Source of the DNA: Leucoraja erinacea
Taxonomy: Eukaryota
NCBI RefSeq assembly: GCF_028641065.1
Contig: NC_073393.1
Location: 21,266,001-21,330,000 of the forward strand
Reading direction: 5' to 3'
DNA length: 64,000 bases
In this document: in pieces, positions 42,701-54,384 of the stretch
How positions within the stretch are numbered: position 1 is the stretch's first letter
Layout: the number at the start of each line of letters is the position of its first letter
The notes under the pieces: generated by a model
The model's database searches: none
What the model saw: only the letters and a program-made list of their open reading frames with translations
What the model was told of the DNA's origin: nothing
Translations under genes and position numbers: made by a program

Positions 42701-43861
42701 TAATATTATGTTAAGTTTAGTTAGCCTTGTTTAGTTTATTGTCACTTGTACCGAGGGACAGTGAAAAACGTTTTTGTTACGTGCTATCCAGTCAGTGGAA
42801 AGACTATAAATGATTACAATCAAGCCGTCCAGTGTGCAGATACAGGATAAAGAGAAGAACATTTAGTGCAAGATAAAACCCAATAAAGTCTGATTAAAGA
42901 TAGTCCAGGGTCTCCAATGAGGTAGATTGGAAGGTCAGGACCGCTCTCTATTTGATGATAGGATAGTTCAGTTGCCTGATAACTGGGAAGAAACTGTCCA
43001 TGAATCTGGAGGTGTGGGTTGGTGCCAAAGTTAAATACTGTGGATGCTGGGAACCCAAAATAAATCCAGAATAAAATAAATGATGTTTAGTGCAAGATAA
43101 AGCCCAGTAAGGTACGATTAAAAACAGTCCCAGGATCTCTAATGAGGTAGATGGGAGGTCAGGACCACCTAATGAAACTCCTGCTGTTAAAACACACTTA
43201 CATTCACACGAAGTTGTTCCACGACATTTAGCTCCTCCAGGCTCAGCGGGTGTTCAGGGTCGTTAATTGATCTGATCAGATGTAGGTGTTAAGGAAAGTT
43301 TGATTAACCGCTTGGGGCTCGACCACTGCCTCGAGTCACAGTCATGCAGCACAAAAAAAGGCCATTCAGACCAACCTGCCCATGCCAACCAAGATGCCCC
43401 ATCGACACTAGCCCCACCTGCCTGCAATGTCTCCCCTTGTCCTTGGGGTGGGTGAGAAACCTCAGTCCGTGACCCATTGTCCCTGGGTGGGAACCTTCCA
43501 CCGGACACGGAGGGGAACGATCTTAATCCAATATAGAACGCCCCCTCCCCCTCCCTCTCATCTGCCCCCTAGGGGGAACCTTTCTCCGAGACCCCTGTTA
43601 CTGGGGGGACCTATGTCCGGGATCCCATGCCACTTCCACCCGGACCGCCTTCGCCAGGCTCATGGACGCCGCCGGCCAGCTCGGCCCTTCCTCCCTTCCT
43701 CCCTCCCTCGCGCCCGGTGCCAGCCGCCGGATATCAAAGATCTCCCGGCCGTCGATGGCGTCGGGCTCCCGCTCGTCCAGGTCGCGGGCGGTGAGTGTCC
43801 GCTCGCAGCTGCGGCCGAAGATCAGCGGGTTCGCGTTCTCCAGCTGCGGCCCCGCCGCCAT
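36636..43861 (-). CDS. CIAO2B: Cytosolic iron-sulfur assembly component 2B (MIP18/FAM96B), 158 aa, 5 exons
   Basis: Exons 43861-43735, 43281-43202, 39919-39794, 38760-38715 and 36733-36636 sum to 477 nt and translate to [15 protein letters not shown]...[27 protein letters not shown]...[79 protein letters not shown], recognisably FAM96B. Confidence 0.96.
36865..37315. repeat. G-rich minisatellite in CIAO2B intron 4
   Basis: Repeated GGGGCGGGGAGAGGGCTA/GGCGA-like units. Confidence 0.85.
38715..38760 (-). CDS. CIAO2B: CIAO2B exon 4
   Basis: [15 protein letters not shown]; cag/gtgag. Confidence 0.93.
39794..39919 (-). CDS. CIAO2B: CIAO2B exon 3
   Basis: [42 protein letters not shown]; cag/gtgag. 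Confidence 0.95.
43202..43281 (-). CDS. CIAO2B: CIAO2B exon 2
   Basis: [27 protein letters not shown]; preceded by TTCCTTAACACCTAC, followed by gtaag. Confidence 0.93.
43282..43734 (-). other. CIAO2B: U12-type (minor spliceosome) AT-AC intron, CIAO2B intron 1
   Basis: 5' ATATCCGG ... branch site TTTCCTTAAC, 3' end ACCTAC; splicing here restores IF-D-LIRS in frame. Confidence 0.92.
43735..43861 (-). CDS. CIAO2B: CIAO2B exon 1
   Basis: [42 protein letters not shown], followed by non-canonical donor ATATCC. Confidence 0.92.
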
Positions 43862-43914
43862 TGCTCCGCGCCGCCGCTTCCGGGTCACGGCCGGGGTCAA
43901 TACAGTCAGGGGCC

Positions 43915-44245
43915 GGCAGCACCCGCGGGTGGGGGAGGGGGAGAGCGCCCTCAGGCAGCACCCGCGGGTGGGGGAGGGGGAGAGCGCCCTCAGGGCGGGG
44001 CGGCACCCATGGGTGGGGAGGGGAGAGAGCACCCAGGGCGGGGCGGGGGGGGGGGAGGGGGAGAGCACCCTCAGGGCGGGGCGGGGCGGCACCCATGGGT
44101 GGGGGAGGGGGAGAGCACCCTCAGGGCCGGGGTGGGGGGAGCACCCATGGCGGGGGGCACGGGGAGAGAGCACCCTCAGGGCGGGGCTGCACCCATGGGT
44201 GGGGGAGGGGGAGAGCACCCTCAGGGCGGGGCTGCACCCATGGGT
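43915..44245. repeat. G-rich ~40-bp minisatellite upstream of CIAO2B
   Basis: Repeated GCACCCATGGGTGGGGGAGGGGGAGAGCACCCTCAGGGCGGGG-like units. Confidence 0.9.
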
Positions 44246-44296
44246 GCTGGGTACTACACCCACCTCACCCACCTCACCCGTCACTGAGACCCATTA

Positions 44297-45030
44297 CATA
44301 GAAAGCTAGAAAATAGGTGCACGCGTAGGCCATTCGGCCCTTCGAGCCAGCACCGCCATTCAATATGATCACGGCTGATCATCCATAATCTGTACCCCGT
44401 TCCTGCTATTGCCCCATATCCCTTGATTCCTTTAGCCCTAAGAGCTAAATCTAACTCTCTCGAAAACATCCTGTAAATTGGCAGAGAATTCCACATATTC
44501 ACAACTCTGGGTGAAAAAGTTTTTCCTAATCTCAGTCCCAAATGATCAACCCCTTATTGTTATTGTTCTGGCCCCCTTCAACACGGGGAACATTTTTCCT
44601 GCATCTAGCTTGTCCAAACCCTTAAGAATTTTATTAGTTTCTATAAAATCCCCGCTCCTAAATTCCAGTGAATATAAGACCAGTCGATCCATTCTTTCAT
44701 CATATGTCAGTCCCGCCATCCCGGTAATTAACCTGGTGAACCGATGCTGCACTCTCTCAATAGCAAGAATATACTTCCTCAAATTAGGAGACCAAAACTG
44801 CACACAATACCCCAGGTGCGTTCTCACCAGGGCCCTGTACAACTGCAGTAGGACCTCCTTGCTCTATTACTCAAACCCTCTCGCTATGAAGGTCAACATG
44901 CCATTAGTTTTCTTCACTGCCTGCTGCACCTGCATGCTTAATTTCAGTGACTGATGTACTAGGACACCCAGGTCTGGTTGCACCTCCCCTTTTCCTAATC
45001 GGACACCATTCAGATAATAATCTGCCTTCT
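44297..45030 (-). mobile_element. CR1-type LINE 3' fragment
   Basis: YRALVRTHLGYCVQFWSPNLRK plus the CR1 3' UTR. Confidence 0.9.
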
Positions 45031-46027
45031 TGTTCTAGCCACCATTGTACCCATAGTTGGGACTGCACCCATGCGTTAGAAGGCGGGAGTATCATCAAGG
45101 ATGCCTGCCACCCTGGCCATTCCATTCAATCAATGGTGCTTTATAGTCACGTGTTCTCTGCACAGTGAAATTATTTTTGCATAGATCGCACATGCACGAG
45201 TTGCCATATTTTGGTGCCATTTTTAAACATTCCAAAGTCCGGTTCACGCACTCAGTGTACTGGAGCTCAGTCATCCGGCAACCAGGTCTCCTGGGTGAAT
45301 TCCGGCTCCATGCTGCATCCCGGGAACTGTCTGTCCCTTTTCCCTCTTCTTCCTTCTGGGAGAAGATACAGGAGCCTAAACGTCCAGAGATCCAGACTGA
45401 AGAACAGCTTCTTATCCGCTGCTGTCAGACTCCCAAACCGATTACCTCTTTCACTCCCCCCTCCCCAGAGGCTGACACTTTACTCTTTACTCTACATTAT
45501 GTTTTACACTACTGCAGTTTGCACTAAAATCTTTGCACCATTCCACTGTTTTGCCTAATGGTTGTATTTATTATAGAAATAAGAAACTGCAGATGCTGGT
45601 TAATACACAAAAGGACATACAGTGCTGGAGTAATTCAGCTGGTCAGGTAGCACCTCTGGAGAACATTAATGGTGATGTTTTGGGAAGAGACATTTCTTTG
45701 GACTTATGAAGTAGGGTCCTGACCCAAAACATCACCCATCCATGTTCTCCAGAGATGCTACCTGACCTGCTGAGTTACTCTAGCACTTTGTGTCATTTTA
45801 TTGTCTTTATTATTGGTTTATTATTGTCACATCAACCGAGATACATGAAAACCTACCATCATACCATAGAGAGTGCAATCAAGCCAAACACATAAGTACA
45901 ACGGGTAGTACAAAGAGAAAAATATGGGAATACAGAATATAGTTTGGAGACACAGCATGGAAACAGGCCCTTTGGCCCACCGAGTCAACTCTCAACATTG
46001 ATCCCCTGTTCACATTAGTTTACATAG

Positions 46028-47150
46028 ATTACATAGAAAAATAGGTGCAGGAGTAGGCCATTCGGCCTGCACCACCATTCAATATGATCATGGCTGATCA
46101 TCCAACTCAGTATCCTGTACCTGCTTTCTCTCCCTACCCCCTGATCCCTTTAGCCACAAGGGCCACATCTAACTCCCTCTTAAACATAGCCAATGAACTG
46201 GCCTCAACTACCTTCTGTGGCAGAGAATTCCAGAGATTCACCACTCTGTGAAAAATGTTTTCCTCATCTCGGTCCTAAAAGATTTCCCCCTTATCCTTAA
46301 ACTGTGACCCCTTGTTCTGGACTTCCCCAACATCGGGAACAATCTTCCTGCATCTAGCCTGTCCAACCCCTTAAGAATTGTGTACGTTTCTCAATCTTCT
46401 AAATTCTAGCGAGTACAAACCGAGTCTATCCAGTCTTTCTTCATATGAAAGTCCTGACATCCCAGGAATCAGTCTGGTGAACCTTCTCTGTACTCCCTCT
46501 ATGGCAAGAATGTCTTTCCTCAGATTAGGAGACCAAAACTGTACGCAATACTCCAGGTATGGTCTCACCAAGACCCTGTACAACTGTTTTAGAACCTCCC
46601 TGCTCCTATACTCAAATCCTTTTGCTATGAATGCTAACATACCATTCGCCTTCTTCACTGCCTGCTGCACCTGCATACCTACTTTTAATGACTGGTGTAC
46701 CATAACACCCAGGTCTCGTTGCATCTCCCCTTTTCCTAATCGGCCACCATTCAGATAATAGTCTACTTTCCTGTTTTTGCCACCAAAGTGGATAACCTCA
46801 CATTTATCCACATTATACTGCATCTATCATGTATTTGCCCACTCACCCAGCCTATCCAAGCCACCTTGCAGCCTCCGAGCATCCTCCTCACAGCTAACAC
46901 TGCCCCCCAGCTTTGTGTCATCCGCAAACTTGGAGATGTTGCATTCAATTCCCTCGTCCAAATCATTAATATATATCGTAAATAGCTGGGGTCCCAGCAC
47001 TGAGCCTTGCGGTACCCCACTAGTCACTGCCTGCCATTGTGAAAAGGACCCGTTTACTCCTACTCTTTGCTTCCTGTCTGCCAGCCAATTCTCTATCCAC
47101 ATCAATACTGAACCCCCAATTCCGTGTGCTTTAAGTTTGTATACTAATCT
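46028..47150 (-). mobile_element. CR1-type LINE 3' fragment
   Basis: [32 protein letters not shown]. Confidence 0.93.
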
Positions 47151-50100
47151 CTTTAAGTTTGTATACTAATCTCATAATAGTTCTACGTTATGCCACTTTC
47201 TCACTCACACCCTACACACTCGGGGCAATTTACAGACGGCCAATTAATCTACAAACCTGTAGATTTTTGAGATGTGGGAAGAATCCGCAGCACCCGGAGG
47301 AAACCCAAGAGGTCACAGAGAATGTGCAAACTCCACACAGGCAGCACCAGAGGTCAGGATCAAATGTGGGTCTGTGGCACTGTGACTACCACAATATAGC
47401 ATTACAGTTACAGAGAAAGTGCAGATTGAAAAAAGTGCAAAGACCACAATTTGGTAGGTTGGAAGATTGGGACTACACCCTAGCTTATGGGAGGACCGTT
47501 CAGTACCTTGATAACAGCTGAAAGTAGCTGTTCCTGAGGTTAGTGGTGCGTGCTTTCAAGCTTCTGTACCTGCTGCCCGATGGGAGAGGGGAGAAGATGG
47601 ATTGACTGGGGTGTGAGTGATCTTTGATTATGTTGGCTGCTTTCCCAAGGCAGCGTGAAGTGTAGATGGAGTTGTGGAGTCTGGTTTGTATAATGGACTG
47701 AGCTACATCCACAACTTCCTGCTGTTTCTTGCGATGCCTATCATTTCCGTGAATACTCTGTGAGCTTCGTGTGATCAAGGAATTTCATTGCACCCTAATG
47801 TATATGACAATAAACTCAGACTGAGTGAAATTCCACTCCGAGGTGTATTGTGTAGTTAAAACTTGCTCCGTTCAGGCCGCTGTTCCCATCACCAGGAGGT
47901 GGCGCCACAGCACCATTCTCTCGAAGCAGTGACAACTATGGTGCAGCAGGGGGCGCTTTCACCGCGCATGACAAGGGGAGGAGCTGAGAGAGGGGTTACA
48001 TAACACGTGTTGGAATATTGTCACGTGTGTGGGGTACAGTGTAAAGCTTTGTTTTGCATTCTATCTAAACAGCAGATAATGCTATACATAAATACAATAA
48101 ATAAATTGGCAACCCTGCCAACAGTCTGTTTTTCATAATTTTTTTAATTATTTTTAGTTCGTTTAATAGTCTGTAAATGTTCTCCTGTTTGTTTTATGTG
48201 GGGGGAGGGGGTTGGGGGATACATTTTTTCATTTTCTTGCCGGAGGTGCAAGTGTTTTCCGGGTCGCATCTCCGGTCGCTCTGCGGCCTACCATCGATGG
48301 AGCTGGAGGCCTCCTCGGACTGACTTTGAGCCCCACCCCGGAGCGTGGACTTTACATTGGAGTCGATCCCTTGCCTGGGATCGCTCCAACCGTGGCCTGC
48401 GGACTTTACAGTCTCAGGAGAGTCTAGTCGGAAGTTCCAACGACGCAGAGGCTCCTCCAGCCCCGTCGCGGGGTTCGATCACCAGGCGCAGGGGAGCTGA
48501 CAACTTGCCAAACTTTGGGGGCCAAAACCCCGCCGGCTACGGGAGTCAAGATCGTCCCGTCAACGGGCTTGAGGCCCCCAAAGGCAGGAGAGGAAAGAAG
48601 GGAAGAGATTTGAACTTTCTTTTCGCCTTCCATCACAGTGGGGAATGTGGAGGAGTCACTGTGGTGGATGTTTATGTTTAAATGTATTTTGTGTGTTCTG
48701 TTGCTTTTTATTTGTATGACTGACTTGGCAAATGAAATTCCTCGTATGTTGCAAAACATACTGGGGTCATAAAGTATTATTGTGATTATGAAGTACAATA
48801 GGTAGAGCAAAGGGGAAGATACAGAGTACAGAACATAGTTCTCAGCATTGTAGCACACATATGGAAGGACCATTCAGAAGCCTGATTACAGAAAGGAAGA
48901 TGTTTCAAATACATTTGGACAGGTTTATGGATTGGATAGGTTTAGGGATATGGGCCAAACGCAGGTAGATGGGTCTAGTGTAGGTTTGTCTAGTGTAGAT
49001 TTGGCATGTTGGTCAGCGTGGCCAAGTTGGGCTAAAGGGCCTATTTCCACGCTGTGTGACTATGGCTCTAAGCCTGGTGGTGTGCACTCACAAGCTTCTC
49101 TACCTTCTGCCTGATGTAGACGGGGAGAGGAAGGAATGACCAGGGTGGGAAGTCTTTGATTATGGAACAGCAAATGTTGGCTTACACATAAAAACACAAA
49201 GTGCTGGAGTAACTCAGCAGGTCGGGCAGCGTCGCTGGAGAACAATTTTGGATCCAGACCCTTCAGCACAATCTTTGATTATATTGTCTGCTTTTCTGAG
49301 ACGGCGTGGTGTAGATGGATTCACTGGCGAGGAGTCTACAACATACAGCAATCCAAGGGTTAATGGGGGAGCAGGAATCAATGGGCACTGTATATTCCAC
49401 TGTAACTCTATATAATCTGATACGTCATTCGCTATGTAAAAATACCAACGACGTGTAATATAATGTAAAATGATACCAAAGTCAATTGCCCGGCACATGG
49501 TGGGATATTCATTGTCCACTTATGTCAGGGCTAAATAAAAAGTGCTGTACGTGCAAAGATTGATTTCAGATCTTACTCAGCCAGCTTCAGCAGCAACGTC
49601 TCACTCACACGTGGGACACTGCAGTCATTCAGTCCGGAAGACAGGTCCAGCTCCAAGGCGATGATTCACCCTTAATCCAAGACACCAGCTGCCTCGTCAC
49701 TGACTCATACGCACGGCAGCAGGCCCTTCGGCCCAACTCATCCATGCCGACCAAGATGTCCCATCTGCCTGAGTTCGGCTCGTATACCTCTAAACCTTTC
49801 CTATCCATGTACCTGTTCAAATGTATTTTAAATATTGTTATTGTACCGACCTTAATGGCCTTAATATGGAGCAACTCTCCAGATCCGTGGTCAAGAGTTT
49901 AATTGTCACGTGTATCAGCAACGGAAGAATGAAATTCCTTGAACATTGAAAACGCACACCTCCAGATTCAGGGAGAGTTTCTTCCCAGCTGTAATACCAG
50001 GCAACTGAACCATCTTATCAACAACTAGAGAGCCGTCCTGACCTCCCATCTACCACATGGGAAACCCTTGGATTATGTATAATTGGACTTTACTAGGCTT

Positions 50101-51845
50101 TATCTTGCATTAAAAGTGATTCATTTTTATCTTGTATCTGTACAGCTTAATCTTGTGTTGCCTTTCTGCTGACTGGATAACCCCTGACACCCGCACCAAT
50201 CAAGAATTTATCTATCTCTGCCTTAAAAATATCCATTAACTTGGCCACGGCCTTCTGTGGCAATGAATTCCACAGATTCACCACCATCTGACTAAGAAAT
50301 TCCTCCTCATCTTCCTATAAAAAAGCTTTCTTTTATTCTGAGTATGTTCTCTGGTCCTAGACTCTCCTGCTAGTAAACACATCCTCTCCACGTCCACTCT
50401 ATCTAGGTGTTTCACTAATTGGTAAGTGTCGATGAGGTCCACCCTTATCCTTTAAACTCCAGTGAGTACAAGCCCAGTGTTGCCAATCGCTCATCTTATG
50501 TTAACCCAATCATTCCTAGGAACATTCTCGTAAACTTTATCTGGACCCTCTCCAGCGCCAGCATTGCACCTCTGCCCAACATGTTTCCCCATTCCATGGT
50601 ATCGAAAACTCTGCTTATCGCCACTGTCAATGCCCTCCATAATTGAGCAACAACGACCTCAGGGAAACAGGTCTTCTGTTCATTCGTAAATGTCCACACT
50701 TTTTTTCACTGAAACATTTGTCAGCTGAGCAATTGGATAGAGGAATAGCTAATAGAGTGCAGTTTAGTTCATTTGCATTTTGGGAAGTCAAACCAGGGCA
50801 GGAACTTCACATTGAATGGCCGGACTCCGGGGAGTGTTACAGAGCAGCGGGACTTAGGAGTGGCTTTGGCTTAATGGGTGGATAGGGTGGCCATGAAGGC
50901 TTTCGGTGCACTGACCTACATTAGTCAGGGTATTAAGTATAGAAGTTGAGCCGTAATGATGCAGTTGTACAAGAAATTGGTGAGGCTGCATCTGGTGTTT
51001 TGTGTTCAGAATTGGTCACCCTGCTTTAGTAAGGATATTGGTCAACTGGAAAGAATGCAAAGACGTTTTACGAGGTTGTTGTCAGGGCTTGAGGGACTGA
51101 GTTACAGGGAGAAGTTGGGTAGGCTAGGACTTTATTCTTTGGAAAGCAGGTGGCTGAGGAGTGATCTTATAGAGGTGTATAAAATCCTAAAGGAAATAGA
51201 TAGGGTGAATTTAAAAGACTTGAACAGGTACATGAATAGGAAAGGTTCAGAGGTGGCATAGGCTAAACGCGGGCAGGGAAGACTAGCTGAGATAGGCAAC
51301 TTGGTCGGCATGGAGGAGTTGGGCCGAAGGGTCTGTTTTCCAGCCGTATGACAATTGTCGGAACAAAGCCTCAGCACCCACCCTTGTTCCAAATGTTCCT
51401 CCTTCGACCCCGAAGGAGGAACATTTCACCCACTCGTTCTCTTCTCCAGAGATGCTGCCTGCCCTGCTGAGTTATTCCAGCATTTTGTGTCTTCTCTTCG
51501 GATTAAATCAGCATCTGCAGTTCCTTCCTAAACATTTCCAGGAATTTCTCCCAGGCCAGTCAGTGCAAGTGGCGGGCTGCCAGCGAGCAGCGGATGATCC
51601 GCTCATCATTCTCTCCCTTCGCTCTCGTCTCGTCTACACTGTCTGACCTTGCTGCGGTGCGCAGAGACACCGGGGGGGGGGGGGGGGGGGGGGCAAACGT
51701 GGGCAGCCGGGGCCTCCTTGCACGGGGGAACCCCTCCCTGCACGAATCCCCCCTTGCAGGAGGGAACCCCCCATCCGGCCCGAGGGAACGCCCCATTCTG
51801 TAGGAGGTAACCCCGGGGGGGGGGGGGGGGGGGTCTCTGTACGAA

Positions 51846-51876
<31 letters not shown>

Positions 51877-52209
51877 ACAGGGGGGGGGGGGCTGTACGAG
51901 AGAACCCTTGAATGAGGGAACCCCTTGCAGGATAGAAGCCTCTCCCTGCACGAGGGAACCCCCTCCCCGTATTCCAATCCCAGCTGGAATTACCGCTGCC
52001 AGCAGGATTAAAATCCCACTCCCTGCAGAATTCCCAATCCCATCCGAATTCCCAATCAGCAGAATTCCCCAGTCCTAACAATCCCTCCAGGTATTCCCAC
52101 TCCCTGCTGGAATTCCCTCTGCCGCCAGGATGCAAATCGCAGCGGGAAACCCCCTCCTAGGAGGTGTCCGCCTAGGCTGTGACACCCCTGGCCGAGTGGC
52201 CGCTGTGTA

Positions 52210-52539
52210 AAGTCGGCGGGGGCGGGGCGGGCAGGGGAAGTCGGGCCGGGGCGGGGGCAGGGGGGGCGGGAACGGGCAAGGCGGGGGCGGGGGCCGGGGG
52301 GCGGGCAAGGGCGGGGGGCGGGGGCGGGGGCGGGCAGGGGATTTCTGAGAAACGGAACGGCAGCTATTCGGAGCTCGCCGGCTGATGTCAGGGCTGACTT
52401 CACTGGGCCGCCGGGTATAAATAGAGCGCAGCGTGCAGCGGGCACGGCAGACAGCGCCGAGCCGGGCACCGTGAACGATCGAGCGGAAGAGAGAGAGATA
52501 CAGAGCGCAGAGCCGACCCACGGGAAAGCAGACGGGCAG
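52210..52539 (+). promoter_or_regulatory. RRAD: RRAD promoter and non-coding exon 1
   Basis: Dense GGGGCGGGG (Sp1) boxes at 52215-52335, CRE-like TGATGTCA at 52383, TATAAATA at 52416-52423, donor CAG|gtagg after 52539. Confidence 0.75.
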
Positions 52540-52893
52540 GTAGGAAGCTGAGGGGGAGAAGGGCCGGGGTCCGGAATCGGACAGGTGTCCTAGCCCGCAC
52601 TGAAGACTCGAAACTTCGTCCATCCCATTTCTCCAGTGTTGCTGCCTGAGCCGTTGAGTTCCTCCAGCATCTTGTGTCTATCTTCGGTGTTAATCAGCAT
52701 CTGCAGTTCTTAGTGTTTCTATTGCATGGGACCGCACCGTGCACCCTTCCCTCCGGCCCCTCGCGCTTTGGCTGGGAGACGGCCAGGAACCCCTTGTCTC
52801 CCGTTTAATGACTTACCCCAGCGGGAAACAGAGCGCCGGAGGAATTCGGCAGCTCGGGCAGCGTCCGCGGAGGGAGCGGTGAGGCTTCATTCT

Positions 52894-52926
<33 letters not shown>

Positions 52927-54065
52927 ATCCCATCGGCCTGAAGAAGGGTCCGGAACCGAAACGTTGCCCGACCCCTCCCGTGTTCCTCCAGCACGTTGTG
53001 CTTTGCTACGGATTCCAGCACCTGCAGTTCCATGTGCCGCCCTACATTGGGTGGGGGTTGAGGGAGCTGCGGGAACGGGCGCTGGGGATGGCGGAAGGAC
53101 AAGCTCCCTGGCCGGGCTGGCGTTGAAAGATTGGTCCGCGGAATGAAAAGTAAACTGCGGGAACCGCAGATGCTGGATTATCGGAAAAAGACACAAAGTG
53201 CTGGAGGAACTCGGTGGGTCGTGCAGCATCTGAGGAGGGGACGGACGCTTGGGTCCAGACCGGACCCATCCTTTGGGTCGGTCCACCTCCACCCACAGAT
53301 GCTGCCCGACCCCCCGCCCTTTGCTCGCTTCACTGTCTCTCTCTGCCTCCGCGGCGCTCCCTCAGTGCAGACACTCACGCAGCGCGGCGCTCCCTCAGTA
53401 CCGCTCCTCTTACAGCGCTGTGCTCCATCACCCCCCCCCCCCTCCTTACCGAGGGCCCCCCTTACCGAGGGGTGGACACGGGTGGGTTCGCGATCCCTTA
53501 TTTTCTGTAAGTGTCCGGCGCCGGGTGTCGCCGGTTGTCGCCGGTTGTCGCGGGGTTCCTGTGGCAGCATTGTCCTCATTCTCTCTTGTCTCCCTCCTCC
53601 TATCCCTATTTCTCTCCCTCCCTCACCGCTCTCTCCACCCTCCCTCTCCCTCAACACCCCGTCCTCTCTCTCCCCGCATCCTCCTGTCCATATCTGCTCT
53701 CTCTACCCCACACTTCCCCTTCTCCCACCTCTCTACATCTCCTCCATCACCCCTTTCCCCTTCCCACCCTCTCCCTCCCTTCCCTTCCTCCCCTCTACCT
53801 CCACACTTTTCCCCTCTCCTATTCCCTTTCCTCATTCTCTTTCCCACGCATCTCTATTCCCCTCCTCTCTCCCGCTCTCTCCCCCTCTCCATTCTCGCTC
53901 TCCGTTACTCTCTCCCTTTCATTCCTCCATTTCTCCTCTCGTCCCTCTCCCTCCCTCATTCCCTCATTCCCCCCTCATCCTCTCTTGCTCTACCTCCTGT
54001 CCCCCTCTCCCCTTCTCCTCTCTCCATCCCTCTCTCCTCTCCACCTCCCTCCCGGCAGAGCGGAC

Positions 54066-54384
54066 ATGACCCTGAACAAGCCAGAGCGGAGCCGGGCGGC
54101 GGAGCGGCGACGGGCCAGCGCCCCGTTTCAGGCGCAGCTGCACCGGCGGAGCATGCCGGTGGACGAGCGGGAGCTGCGGGCGACGGGCGAGGGTCGCCCC
54201 GAGCCGGCCCTGCCACCGACCTGGACCCCCGGCTCCTCAGACTCGGTCAGGTCGAGCGGCAGCGAGTCGGGCTCCGGCCCCTACAAAGTCCTGGTGCTGG
54301 GCGGCCGTGGCGTCGGCAAGACAAGCCTGGCGAGGATCTTCGGCGGCTTAGAGGAGGCTGAGAACCACGAGGGAGACGGCAGAG
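54066..54384 (+). CDS. RRAD: RRAD coding exon 1 (gene exon 2)
   Basis: Acceptor cag at 54056-54058, ATG at 54066, donor G|gtgagg. Confidence 0.93.

Noticed and set aside
53131-54065. 300+ aa Pro/Ser/Leu-rich ORFs (also at 27150-27956, 43427-44309 and 60653-61351)
   Set aside because: They arise from low-complexity CT- or G-rich tracts; only the embedded true exons are supported.
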